A DNA stretch of 64,000 nucleotides. It comes from Planctomycetota bacterium. GTDB taxonomy: Bacteria > Planctomycetota > Phycisphaerae > UBA1845. The DNA lies in the NCBI GenBank assembly GCA_024280855.1, contig JAJRPG010000085.1, positions 47,190 through 111,189 of the forward strand, given 5' to 3'. The position numbers and the translations under genes were made by a program. This document shows positions 46,483 to 54,882 of the stretch, piece by piece; the stretch's first letter is position 1; the number at the start of each line of letters is the position of its first letter. The notes below the pieces were generated by a model, which did no database searches, was not told the origin of the DNA, and saw nothing but the letters and a program-made list of their open reading frames with translations.

Positions 46483-47436
46483 ATGAGTAATATTGTTGTT
46501 ACTGGTGGAGCGGGTTTTATCGGTTCGCATCTTTGCGAGGCGCTGCTTCGTGATGGGCATAATGTTATTGCGCTGGACTGTTTCGATGACTTTTACGACC
46601 CGGCGGTAAAGCGCCGCAACCTTGTTCATGCCCAGGCCTACTCTCATTTCATGCTGGTTGAAGGGGATATTCTCGATCAGTCTTGTGTGTTTGATACGAT
46701 CGACAATCAAACCGATGTCGTTGTGCATCTAGCCGCTCGTGCGGGCGTGCGGCCTTCCATTGAGCAGCCCTTGTTGTACCAGGATGTGAATGTTCGTGGC
46801 ACGCTGAATATACTGGAGGCTTGTCGCAAAGTTTCGAATTGTAAACTTATCGTAGCTAGTAGCTCCAGTGTTTATGGCAACCGCAAGGAAGTTCCTTTTC
46901 GTGAGACTGACGCGGTTGACGATCCAATTTCTCCGTATGCTGCAACGAAAAAATGTTGTGAATTGCTGTGTCATACCTATCATCATTTATACGATTTTCC
47001 TATTGCGTGTCTACGATTTTTTACAGTGTACGGGCCAAGACAACGGCCTGACCTTGCCATTCATAAGTTTGCCAAATTGATCGAAGCGGGTGAGCCGATT
47101 CCCGTTTTTGGTGACGGCAGTATGATGCGTGATTTCACTTATATCGACGACATCATTCAGGGTGTAATGTGCGCGATTGATCGGAGTGAGGGTTATCGCG
47201 TTTACAATCTTGGCGAGTCTCAGCCGGTGGCTCTGAGAGATTTGATTTCGGGATTGGAAAAAGCGTTAGGGAAAAAAGCGATCATCGACCGTCAGCCATT
47301 GCAGCCTGGGGATGTTGAGCGGACCTATGCCGACATTGATCGAGCGCGAGAGGAGCTAGGTTATAATCCATCCACCGATTTCGAGACGGGCTTGCAACAT
47401 TTCGTGACTTGGCTACGAGATGAGTCCAACGCTTGA
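46483..47436 (+). CDS. NAD-dependent epimerase/dehydratase (UDP-glucuronate 4-epimerase-like SDR)
   Basis: VTGGAGFIGSH, SSSSVYG and the YAATK catalytic motif. The ORF opens at 46417, overlapping ugd, but the conserved N-terminus starts at 46483. Confidence 0.85.
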   Translation: MSNIVVTGGAGFIGSHLCEALLRDGHNVIALDCFDDFYDPAVKRRNLVHAQAYSHFMLVEGDILDQSCVFDTIDNQTDVVVHLAARAGVRPSIEQPLLYQDVNVRGTLNILEACRKVSNCKLIVASSSSVYGNRKEVPFRETDAVDDPISPYAATKKCCELLCHTYHHLYDFPIACLRFFTVYGPRQRPDLAIHKFAKLIEAGEPIPVFGDGSMMRDFTYIDDIIQGVMCAIDRSEGYRVYNLGESQPVALRDLISGLEKALGKKAIIDRQPLQPGDVERTYADIDRAREELGYNPSTDFETGLQHFVTWLRDESNA

Positions 47437-47764
47437 TCCCTAGCCACATCTCTTTTCTGAACACTTCATACTTCAGGCTGTTAGATGTCAGGAAGCTGAC
47501 CAACTCAGTTAGAACTTCGTAATCTAACAGAGTGAAATGTGACGTGTGGAATAAGGCCGGAATGCTAAGTCTGGAACTGGACCTCAGTATACAGGCCATA
47601 CCTTAATGACCGATAATTAACTGCTCATAATTACTCACGATCCGTACGAGCGATAAGACCAGATTGTAAACGTTTGTAGATTATCATCCATGTGATTATT
47701 CGCCGATATTTCATTAGTGCAAAGCATTGTTCTTCTATCGTGTTTGGTCAAGTAGATCCTAACT

Positions 47765-48250
47765 GTGAAACAGAAAGTGCAAATACCTTTGCGAAGCGCC
47801 CTCATGCGTGGATTTACTCTTGTAGAATTGGTATGCGTGGTTGTCATTATTGGCATGATGGCCACTATCGCAGTCCCAAGGTTTGGCAATTCCATTGCGT
47901 TGCATCGAATTGAATCGGCCGGCAGGCGTATCGTGGTGGACCTTGCGCTTGCACAATCACTGGCCAAAACTACAAACAAAAGTATCAAAGTTAAGTTTGA
48001 TGTTGCTTCAAATTCGTACATTTTGAGTAAAATACCACACCCTGACCATCCAAGTCGCGAATACGAAACATTTCTACAAGAGGAACCTTACGTCGCCACC
48101 ATTGAATCCGTAGATTTTGGGGGAGGCAACGACATTAAATTCGATGTGTTTGGTGTTCCAGATAATGGTGGATCGATTGTCATCCGTGTGGGAAATAGAG
48201 TTCGAACAATTTCGGTTGACGCAGACACGGGGAAGGCCAGTGTGCTATGA
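47765..48250 (+). CDS. Prepilin-type minor pseudopilin, GspH/FimT-like
   Basis: The leader ends RG|FTLVELVCVVVIIGMMATIAVPRF (class III signal with Glu+5). 161 aa. ATGA overlap with the next gene. Confidence 0.75.
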   Translation: MKQKVQIPLRSALMRGFTLVELVCVVVIIGMMATIAVPRFGNSIALHRIESAGRRIVVDLALAQSLAKTTNKSIKVKFDVASNSYILSKIPHPDHPSREYETFLQEEPYVATIESVDFGGGNDIKFDVFGVPDNGGSIVIRVGNRVRTISVDADTGKASVL

Positions 48251-49413
48251 CAACCCTGCGTAAGCATAAGAAGCCACGTCGTCATCCTGTGCGCCGATTA
48301 GGTTTCACGCTCGTTGAGTTAACCATGAGCATGGCTATCATGACCATTCTCATGGGCACTATGACATCTGTCATAGTCGTCGCTAGCCATGCCATTCCCG
48401 ACAGCCAAGATCCCATCACAAAAAAAATAAAAGCCATGGAAATAGTAGATCTGATGGCTAGTGAGATTTTCTATGCAAATGCCATTACGGAGGCATCAGT
48501 AAATTCTGTCACCTTCACTGTCGCAGATCGCGGACACGGCGCCGCTGGGCCGGAAACTATTCGTTATGAATGGTCAGGGACGCCGGGCGATCCACTCACA
48601 CGGCAGTACAACGGCGGAACAGTTACAACAATAATTGATGATGTTCAGCTTTTCACACTGGTCTTCACGGCGAGCACTAAGCCGCTGCAAGGGGCACCGA
48701 AGGTGCTGCTCGTGGTTGGCGACGACGTATCTCTGAACGCCCAGGACCTGGCCAAGCAGGCACTGATCGAATCCTTTGGATTCTCGGTCCAGATAGTCGC
48801 AGCGTCCAGAAGTGTGGCGGAATTCAGCCCTCTCATCGCCAGCCACGACGTCATGTACATCTCAAACCAGATTACCAAGGCCGATATTCTCAACAAGTCC
48901 CTGGATCTTGCGATCGGCATAATCACCGAGAAGCGTAAGCTATACGACGACTTGGGAATCGCAGCGAAACCAAGCTGGGATGATTTGGACAGAGTCCACT
49001 TAATCGACAACACACACGAAATTACATCCCCCTTTGCCATCGGAGAAGTGATCATTTGCGACTCGACCCAGCAACTCAACTACATCACGAAGACCAAACA
49101 CGCCCCTGGGCTTCAAATCCTGGCCGATTGGGCTGGCTGGCCCGAGTTGTCCGTCCTTGACCTTGAAGCCGAGCAGTACGGCGGCGGCACCGCTAAGGGT
49201 CGTCGTGTGCAGCTACCCTGGGGTGACTCAACAAATTTTGACACGAATAGCCTGAACACGGACGGTCTAACCATCATGCGTCGAGCGATTGCCTGGGCAG
49301 CTGCACGTGTTGTGTACACTGGCGCCCGCATCGACTTGCAATTGAACGGTGTTTCAGTGGCTGCCAGATCGCAAGTGTCGATTCTTAACAAACCCAAAGC
49401 GATTGCGCCATGA
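48247..49413 (+). CDS. Prepilin-type pseudopilin (PulJ/PilW-like N-terminal part) fused to an unassigned ~200-aa alpha/beta domain
   Basis: RRLG|FTLVELTMSMAIMTILMG signal. The C-terminal domain (48697..49305) is paralogous to the one in the next gene. ATGA overlaps at both ends. Confidence 0.65.
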   Translation: MTTLRKHKKPRRHPVRRLGFTLVELTMSMAIMTILMGTMTSVIVVASHAIPDSQDPITKKIKAMEIVDLMASEIFYANAITEASVNSVTFTVADRGHGAAGPETIRYEWSGTPGDPLTRQYNGGTVTTIIDDVQLFTLVFTASTKPLQGAPKVLLVVGDDVSLNAQDLAKQALIESFGFSVQIVAASRSVAEFSPLIASHDVMYISNQITKADILNKSLDLAIGIITEKRKLYDDLGIAAKPSWDDLDRVHLIDNTHEITSPFAIGEVIICDSTQQLNYITKTKHAPGLQILADWAGWPELSVLDLEAEQYGGGTAKGRRVQLPWGDSTNFDTNSLNTDGLTIMRRAIAWAAARVVYTGARIDLQLNGVSVAARSQVSILNKPKAIAP

Positions 49414-51035
49414 TGCTTATTAATGCCAGGAGCAATCTTAGTGCTATGCGTCGCCGAGGGCTAACGCTGCTCGATATACTCATCTCCATTCCGCTCGTAG
49501 GCATCGCTCTGGTGGCGGCATTAAACACTGCCGGCGCGTCCAAAGCCTCCCAGTATAAAGTCAACAATATGCGACAGGGCCATTTACTAGCCCAGGATTT
49601 AATGTCAGAAATTCTGCAGCAGGACTTCTATGACTCAATAGATGGATTTTTAAGTTTTGGACAAGAGGGTATTGTACCAATCACGTTGAATCGTAGCCTA
49701 TTCGACGACACGGATGATTACAACTTATGGCAAGCCTCTCCACCACAGTACAAAGATGGAACGGAGATGAGCGATTTGCCAGATTGGCAACGCACAGTTG
49801 ACGTCGCATGGCGAATGCCAGCAGATTTACAACAAATCTCAGCTACAGCTACAACTATTAAACATATTCGAGTGAATGTTTTATACAAAGGTATGGCTGT
49901 TGCCGAAATCGAAGCCTTCAAGACAATAGGTCTACCACCGCTGGAAGCTTGCTGTTTTGCTGGCAGTTTATGTGAGAATTTGCGCAGCGAAGCTTGTACA
50001 TTACAAGGCGGGACCGCGCTTGGGACGAGTACGAATTGCGCTCTTAGCGCATGTCCTGCAGGACCTAAAGTTTTGTTAGTCGTGGTTGATGACACCGCTT
50101 TAACTGCACAAGAATTAGCTCAGAAGGTACTCATTGAATCATGGGACAATAGTGTTGTGCTTATCTCGGCGTCGGCCATGCTCTTCGAATTTGATGCGGC
50201 GGTGGCTGACGCAGACGTGGCATTCATTACTGTGGGGATTACATCAAGCGATCTGGGCACCAAGTTAACCGCCGCCGCAATCGGCGTTGTGAATACGCAT
50301 CCCGAATTACTTTACGACCTCAAGTTTTCATCCGGGGCCGCTTACTATTATGATTTGAGCGCTGGCGTAGTTATAGACAACACTCATCCCATCACATCCA
50401 CTTTCACCAATGGTCCCCTGACCTTTTCGACGACTAATCAATGGTTTGTGGAAAATCAGAACGGCTTAGCTAGTGGTGCTCAGGTTCTAGCAGTACTCAC
50501 TGATTCGACTAGGGCTTCGCTGTTTGTCTTCGAGGCAGGAGCCTCATTGGTGGGAGGCACACCGTCACCAGGTCGTCGAGTTGAATTGCCTTGGGGGTTT
50601 ACAGACTTCGACTTCAGTACACTCACGGCGGATGCACAGACAATTATGAAAAACGCCATAGAATGGGCTGCTGCGGAAAATATTGCAGCGATTGCGGTGT
50701 GTGGTGACGGCACATGCGCGGTGGGTGAGGAATGCAGTTGTGTGGCCGACTGCGGACCGCCAACCGTTTCCGAGATCATTAACTCCACATGCAATGATGG
50801 CAAAGACAACGACTGCGATAACTTAACCGACTGTCAAGAGTTATCATGTTTTCTTGATCCTGCATGCGCGGTGGTATGCGGTAATAATGTTTGTGACAAT
50901 GGTGAGGATTGTAGTAGTTGCGCCGCAGATTGTCCTGGAAAAACTAAGGGGAAGAAACCTAAACGATATTGTTGTGGGAATGGAATTGCTGAATCAGCTG
51001 AGGGCGATGGGAGCATTTGCGATGGAAACTACTAG
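49410..51035 (+). CDS. Atypical pseudopilin (GspI/PilV-like, G|LTLLD with Asp+5) with two Cys-rich modules and the same ~200-aa domain
   Basis: RRRG|LTLLDILISIPLVGIALVAAL. Cys-rich linker (EACCFAGSLCENLRSEACTL...CALSAC). Domain at 50064..50675. 119-aa Cys-rich tail containing NDGKDNDCDNLTDC and CGNNVCDNGEDC. Confidence 0.65.
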   Translation: MMLINARSNLSAMRRRGLTLLDILISIPLVGIALVAALNTAGASKASQYKVNNMRQGHLLAQDLMSEILQQDFYDSIDGFLSFGQEGIVPITLNRSLFDDTDDYNLWQASPPQYKDGTEMSDLPDWQRTVDVAWRMPADLQQISATATTIKHIRVNVLYKGMAVAEIEAFKTIGLPPLEACCFAGSLCENLRSEACTLQGGTALGTSTNCALSACPAGPKVLLVVVDDTALTAQELAQKVLIESWDNSVVLISASAMLFEFDAAVADADVAFITVGITSSDLGTKLTAAAIGVVNTHPELLYDLKFSSGAAYYYDLSAGVVIDNTHPITSTFTNGPLTFSTTNQWFVENQNGLASGAQVLAVLTDSTRASLFVFEAGASLVGGTPSPGRRVELPWGFTDFDFSTLTADAQTIMKNAIEWAAAENIAAIAVCGDGTCAVGEECSCVADCGPPTVSEIINSTCNDGKDNDCDNLTDCQELSCFLDPACAVVCGNNVCDNGEDCSSCAADCPGKTKGKKPKRYCCGNGIAESAEGDGSICDGNY

Positions 51036-51516
51036 ACACCGCGCGGTTCGGTCTGCCACCAGCCTGAATGCGAACAAGTTTCGCCGCCGCGCTGTAGCCT
51101 ATATCTACTTTTTGAGTTCCACGTTACTCGTCTCTGTTATTGGCTTGTCAGCTTTGATGTTCTCACGGATCCAAAGGCGATCGACTCAAGGTAGCAATCA
51201 ATCCATAGTGGCTCGTTTCTACGCTCAATCTGCACTGGAACTTGGCTTTGCACAAATCAACCTGGACTCAGACTGGCGTACAACATTAAGTACTGGTACA
51301 TGGTTCTCAGCTATGCCAATAGGGCAAGGTAGTTATAGCCTTGATGTGTCCATCGTGAAAAACGGTGACGGTAACACCAACAACGACCCCGTCTTACTCA
51401 TTGGCACCGGCATTTGTGGTCAATCAACCCATAAAATAGAAGTAACACTCGTCCCCTTATCTGATAATGGTGGATTAGTGATTTCCGGTGCAGGATGGAA
51501 ACGTAACACAGGTTAG
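51022..51516 (+). CDS. PilX-N/GspK-like minor pseudopilin
   Basis: The ORF 50854..51516 overlaps the previous gene out of frame. ATG 51022 gives a basic leader, a hydrophobic helix (AVAYIYFLSSTLLVSVIGLSALMF) and a RFYAQSALELGFAQI PilX-N-like helix. Confidence 0.55.
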   Translation: METTRHRAVRSATSLNANKFRRRAVAYIYFLSSTLLVSVIGLSALMFSRIQRRSTQGSNQSIVARFYAQSALELGFAQINLDSDWRTTLSTGTWFSAMPIGQGSYSLDVSIVKNGDGNTNNDPVLLIGTGICGQSTHKIEVTLVPLSDNGGLVISGAGWKRNTG

Positions 51517-51553
51517 AAATAAACCACAGTTACAGCATACATACAAAATAAAA

Positions 51554-51598
51554 CGGAGCGGGAGGGATTCGAACCCTCGGTACGGTTTTGTAACTCCT
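51554..51598 (-). pseudogene. Orphan tRNA 3' fragment (T arm plus 3' acceptor strand)
   Basis: The reverse complement contains GAGGG-TTCGAAT-CCCTC followed by CCGCTCCG. No complementary 5' acceptor (GGAGCGG) occurs within 200 nt, so this is not an intact tRNA. Confidence 0.5.
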
Positions 51599-51689
51599 GA
51601 TATTACAGACACTTACGACGGTGAATTCTCAACCATATGGGCTAACATGCGGGGCAGGGCTAAGAATGGCGTTGATTTCATGCAAATCT

Positions 51690-51905
51690 TGACCTGGCCT
51701 GCTACTCAAAACCTGGTCCAGTTGTTATAGAGTCTTAGCCGCCTGTTGATCGGGCAGGGAGGACTTGGATATGAAACGTAAGCTACACAGTCCTGGGCAG
51801 ATTATTCGCAAGCTTCGGGACGCGGATCGGATATTGTTGGAGGGCAAGGAATTCGCGTCACGAAGGATATTCGTCGGCGCGTCTGTCCGACGATTGAGCG
51901 ATTAG
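51690..51905 (+). mobile_element. IS3-family remnant: TG-initiated terminal repeat and a truncated orfA (44 codons)
   Basis: TGACCTGGCC... lies about 80 nt upstream of an ATG at 51771 with a GGGAGG RBS. The peptide MKRKLHSPGQIIRKLRDADRILLEGKE resembles IS3/IS911 OrfA N-termini and then degenerates to a stop at 51905. Confidence 0.45.
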
Positions 51906-51993
51906 AATTGGGTATCTTGTCTCGGTATCTGAATACTTGAACACAATTTCTTCCACATCCTTCGATGGAATTATTGTCAGGAACAAGCTGCCG

Positions 51994-53067
51994 TCAGGAG
52001 CAGCGATGACTCTTGCGACTATGGAAGGCTCCCATCACGGTGTTGGGCACATTATCCGGCGCCACAACGTGCTGGACCGCTCCGAGCTCGGCCGCGACCT
52101 TGGGCATGCCGTAGACGACGCAAGACTCGCGACTTTGAGCGATCGTCACTGCGCCTTGCTCATTCATATTCAGCAACCCTTTGGCTCCGTCTGCACCCAT
52201 GCCTGTCAATAGTACACCCGCAGCACAAGACCCCACGGTCTTAGCCACCGAATCGAATAACACGTCAACGCTAGGGCAATGCCGATTCACCAATTCGTCT
52301 GTACCGTAGGTGATACATAACTGGTGTCCTATACGTGTTACGCTCATTTGAATTTCACCGCGTGCTACAACAGCATGCCCGGGCTTGAGTAAATCCCCAT
52401 CGACCGCCTCGGTAACCGTCATGGCACTGAATTGATTCAAACGTTCCGCAAAAGACTTCGTGAACCCTGCAGGCATATGTTGTACGATCACAACTGGAGG
52501 AAAATCTGCTGGGACACAGGACAACACGGCTTTGATGGCTTCCGTACCGCCGGTAGACGCACCGATCGCAACAAGATAATTACTAGGATCAAGCCCCAAG
52601 GAGCGAGGTGATCGTCGACTCATAACTGTCGAAACCGGTACGGCAGGTCTAACCGGCACGGCGATTACCGCAGCGCGAATCTTGTCTGCCAGGTCTTGTC
52701 CTAGCCGCCTCAAGGCCTGGCTGCCTCCCGAGACCGGCTTGGCTACAAAGTCGATGGCCCCGAGTTCAATAGCTGCTAGGGCAGCCTGGCTATTGGTTGT
52801 CGCGACACCACTACACATGATTACGGGAACAGGATAGTGTTTTTGGAGTTTTCGAAGAAACGTCAACCCGTCCATCCTGGGCATCTCTATGTCGAGAATG
52901 ATGACATCTGGCTGGTATTCGATGATTAATTCGCGAGCCTCGTAAGGATCCTTGGCCATGCCGATGACGATGACATCTGGATCATCGGAGAGCACGCGCG
53001 AGAGTACCGCACGTACGGTCGGAGAGTCATCTACGATGAGCACCTTGATCCGTTTAATACCGTTCAC
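51994..53067 (-). CDS. cheB: Chemotaxis response regulator protein-glutamate methylesterase
   Basis: Receiver domain (VLIVDDS...DIEMPRMDG). Methylesterase domain (GASTGG, catalytic His and Asp context). Confidence 0.95.
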   Translation of the reverse strand: MNGIKRIKVLIVDDSPTVRAVLSRVLSDDPDVIVIGMAKDPYEARELIIEYQPDVIILDIEMPRMDGLTFLRKLQKHYPVPVIMCSGVATTNSQAALAAIELGAIDFVAKPVSGGSQALRRLGQDLADKIRAAVIAVPVRPAVPVSTVMSRRSPRSLGLDPSNYLVAIGASTGGTEAIKAVLSCVPADFPPVVIVQHMPAGFTKSFAERLNQFSAMTVTEAVDGDLLKPGHAVVARGEIQMSVTRIGHQLCITYGTDELVNRHCPSVDVLFDSVAKTVGSCAAGVLLTGMGADGAKGLLNMNEQGAVTIAQSRESCVVYGMPKVAAELGAVQHVVAPDNVPNTVMGAFHSRKSHRCS

Positions 53068-53136
53068 GCCACGATCCCTTTTGCATGTGTAACGCCTGCC
53101 AGGTCGATGGTATTCGATTTCAATAGGACACCCATC

Positions 53137-53985
53137 TCAATCCTTTCTGTAGATCGTCGGTGCAACGTATGTTAGTGAGTGCTTGATTCTGTTGAGGCTC
53201 TCAGAGTGTCCGATCAATAGGTACCCCCCTCTAATCAGGTTCTTGGCGTATTGTGCGATTAGGGTTTCTTGCGTGGAATTGTCAAAATATATCATGACAT
53301 TGCGGCAAAAAACTAAATGGAATCCGAAGCGAAACGGAAAAACAGGTGTCATCAGGTTAAAGCGCGCGAAGGTAATAATCTCTCGCACATCGGGAACGAC
53401 CTGCAACCTCGGCCCTTCTTTCGAATTCGTCTGACGGAGATATCGCTGGCCAAGAGCTGGCGGTACTGTGCTGACTCGCTGTGGCTCAAAAAGACCAAGC
53501 TTTGCGCGCCGAAGCATTTGCATGGACAGATCGGTCGCGAGAATTTTCGGCTGAATCCGAGGATGTGCCCTTAACGCATCTCGGACGACCATGGCGATCG
53601 AGTAAGGCTCCTCACCACTTGAACAACCAGCGCTCCAAATTCGGAGCGTCGTGTTTTCGGCACACCAAGCAGGGTCATTAGCCCATTGCTCGATAACGGT
53701 CTTAAGGAAATCGAAATGCCCTTCTTCTCTGAAGAGGTGTGTCGTGTTGGTCGAGACAGCATCGAGCAATGTACTCAATTCGCCTCCCGTTTGATCTTTC
53801 ACGACGTGGTCGAAGTACGCTCGATAGGAAGAGAATCCGCCTTGGCGTAGACGTTTCCCAAGTCGCGTTCTTAGAAGCGGCATCTTATCGTCACCGAGAT
53901 CTATACCACTCTCTGCATAAATAAGTTTCCTAAAGAGTTCGTAATCGCCCCGAGTTAAGTCCTCTACGCGTGTTTGTACTAGCAT
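53137..53985 (-). CDS. cheR: Chemotaxis protein methyltransferase
   Basis: The CheR N-terminal helix domain and the SAM-binding motif IWSAGCSSGEEPYSIAM. Confidence 0.95.
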   Translation of the reverse strand: MLVQTRVEDLTRGDYELFRKLIYAESGIDLGDDKMPLLRTRLGKRLRQGGFSSYRAYFDHVVKDQTGGELSTLLDAVSTNTTHLFREEGHFDFLKTVIEQWANDPAWCAENTTLRIWSAGCSSGEEPYSIAMVVRDALRAHPRIQPKILATDLSMQMLRRAKLGLFEPQRVSTVPPALGQRYLRQTNSKEGPRLQVVPDVREIITFARFNLMTPVFPFRFGFHLVFCRNVMIYFDNSTQETLIAQYAKNLIRGGYLLIGHSESLNRIKHSLTYVAPTIYRKD

Positions 53986-54019
53986 GCATATATTCCTATT
54001 CAGTCTGAGTTGACTATGG

Positions 54020-54490
54020 CTACTTCGATACTACACGCGTGTGATGCGACAGTTCCAGCCATTGGCCATTCACCGACACGCGCGTTTTGTTTTCTGACGA
54101 ATCCGTTGAATCAGCAAGATTAGGTGTCGTCGATGTTTCCACGACTTCGGGAATCGTAAGATGGAACACATCCTCCACACCATACGCAGCCGTGATGTAT
54201 TGACCACACACCACGTTCATAAACTCCTTAATGGCATCGATTGATTCCTGCTCATTAGCCCGATCGGTTGACTCTAATCCCAGCATGTTAGCCGCCAGTT
54301 GATCTGCGAAGCTCCAAGGGCATGTGAGCCGCAATAAGCCATCTGTAGATCCTTCGTAGCCAATTGTCGTTTTTAGCCAGCACTCGCCTGTGGGGGCATT
54401 GATATCGCCTTCATCGGTGAACATGAATGCGAGTTCGGCGAGGATGTCAGAAAGCACCCGCGTCAACGTTGTTGTCGTCTGGTTCTGCAT
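54020..54490 (-). CDS. CheX/CheC-like chemotaxis phosphatase
   Basis: 156 aa. The DAIKEFMNVVCGQ segment matches the D/E-x2-E-x2-N-x3-G motif of CheC/CheX. Sits in a che operon. The start may be internal, given a 44-nt overlap with cheY. Confidence 0.5.
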   Translation of the reverse strand: MQNQTTTTLTRVLSDILAELAFMFTDEGDINAPTGECWLKTTIGYEGSTDGLLRLTCPWSFADQLAANMLGLESTDRANEQESIDAIKEFMNVVCGQYITAAYGVEDVFHLTIPEVVETSTTPNLADSTDSSENKTRVSVNGQWLELSHHTRVVSK

Positions 54491-54872
54491 ATTGTGTAAC
54501 TCCTAGTAATGGAATGAGCACTTCACGAAGCTGCTCGGGTTGGAACGGCTTGCGGACATATCCAGATACGCCTAACTCGCGTAGCTGGTCAATTCGCTTC
54601 TGACTTCCCTCCGTCGAAGCAATCACGATTGGAATATCTTGAAGTTTGGCGTTTTGCTTCATTCTCGTGAGTAATTGAATGCCATTCATCCGGGGCATAT
54701 TGATATCAACAAGCATGACTGCCACGTCATGCTCGCTGAGCTTGGCGAGTGCTTCAATTCCGTCGGCGGCTTCGTAGATTTTACCCACATCCAGACCAAT
54801 CATTCGAATGGTTCTTTTTACCATAGACCGGATCGTTGCCGAGTCGTCCACGATCAAAATGTCTCTTGTCAT
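54447..54872 (-). CDS. cheY: CheY-like single-domain response regulator
   Basis: ILIVDDSATIR, DINMPRMNG, ASTEG and the K of YVRKPF. ATG 54872 is preferred over the ORF start at 54935. Confidence 0.9.
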   Translation of the reverse strand: MTRDILIVDDSATIRSMVKRTIRMIGLDVGKIYEAADGIEALAKLSEHDVAVMLVDINMPRMNGIQLLTRMKQNAKLQDIPIVIASTEGSQKRIDQLRELGVSGYVRKPFQPEQLREVLIPLLGVTQYAEPDDNNVDAGAF

Positions 54873-54882
54873 CGTCTTGTTC

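Noticed and set aside
50854-51021. 5' part of ORF 50854..51516 overlapping pseudopilin gene 3 in another frame
   Set aside because: The overlapped region encodes the Cys-rich tail of gene 3 in its own frame. ATG 51022 gives a sensible PilX-like N-terminus.
51554-51700. An intact tRNA or tmRNA at the T-arm signature
   Set aside because: No sequence complementary to the 3' acceptor strand (GGAGCGG), and no D arm or anticodon arm, can be found within 200 nt upstream. There is also no tmRNA-like 5' end or tag reading frame.
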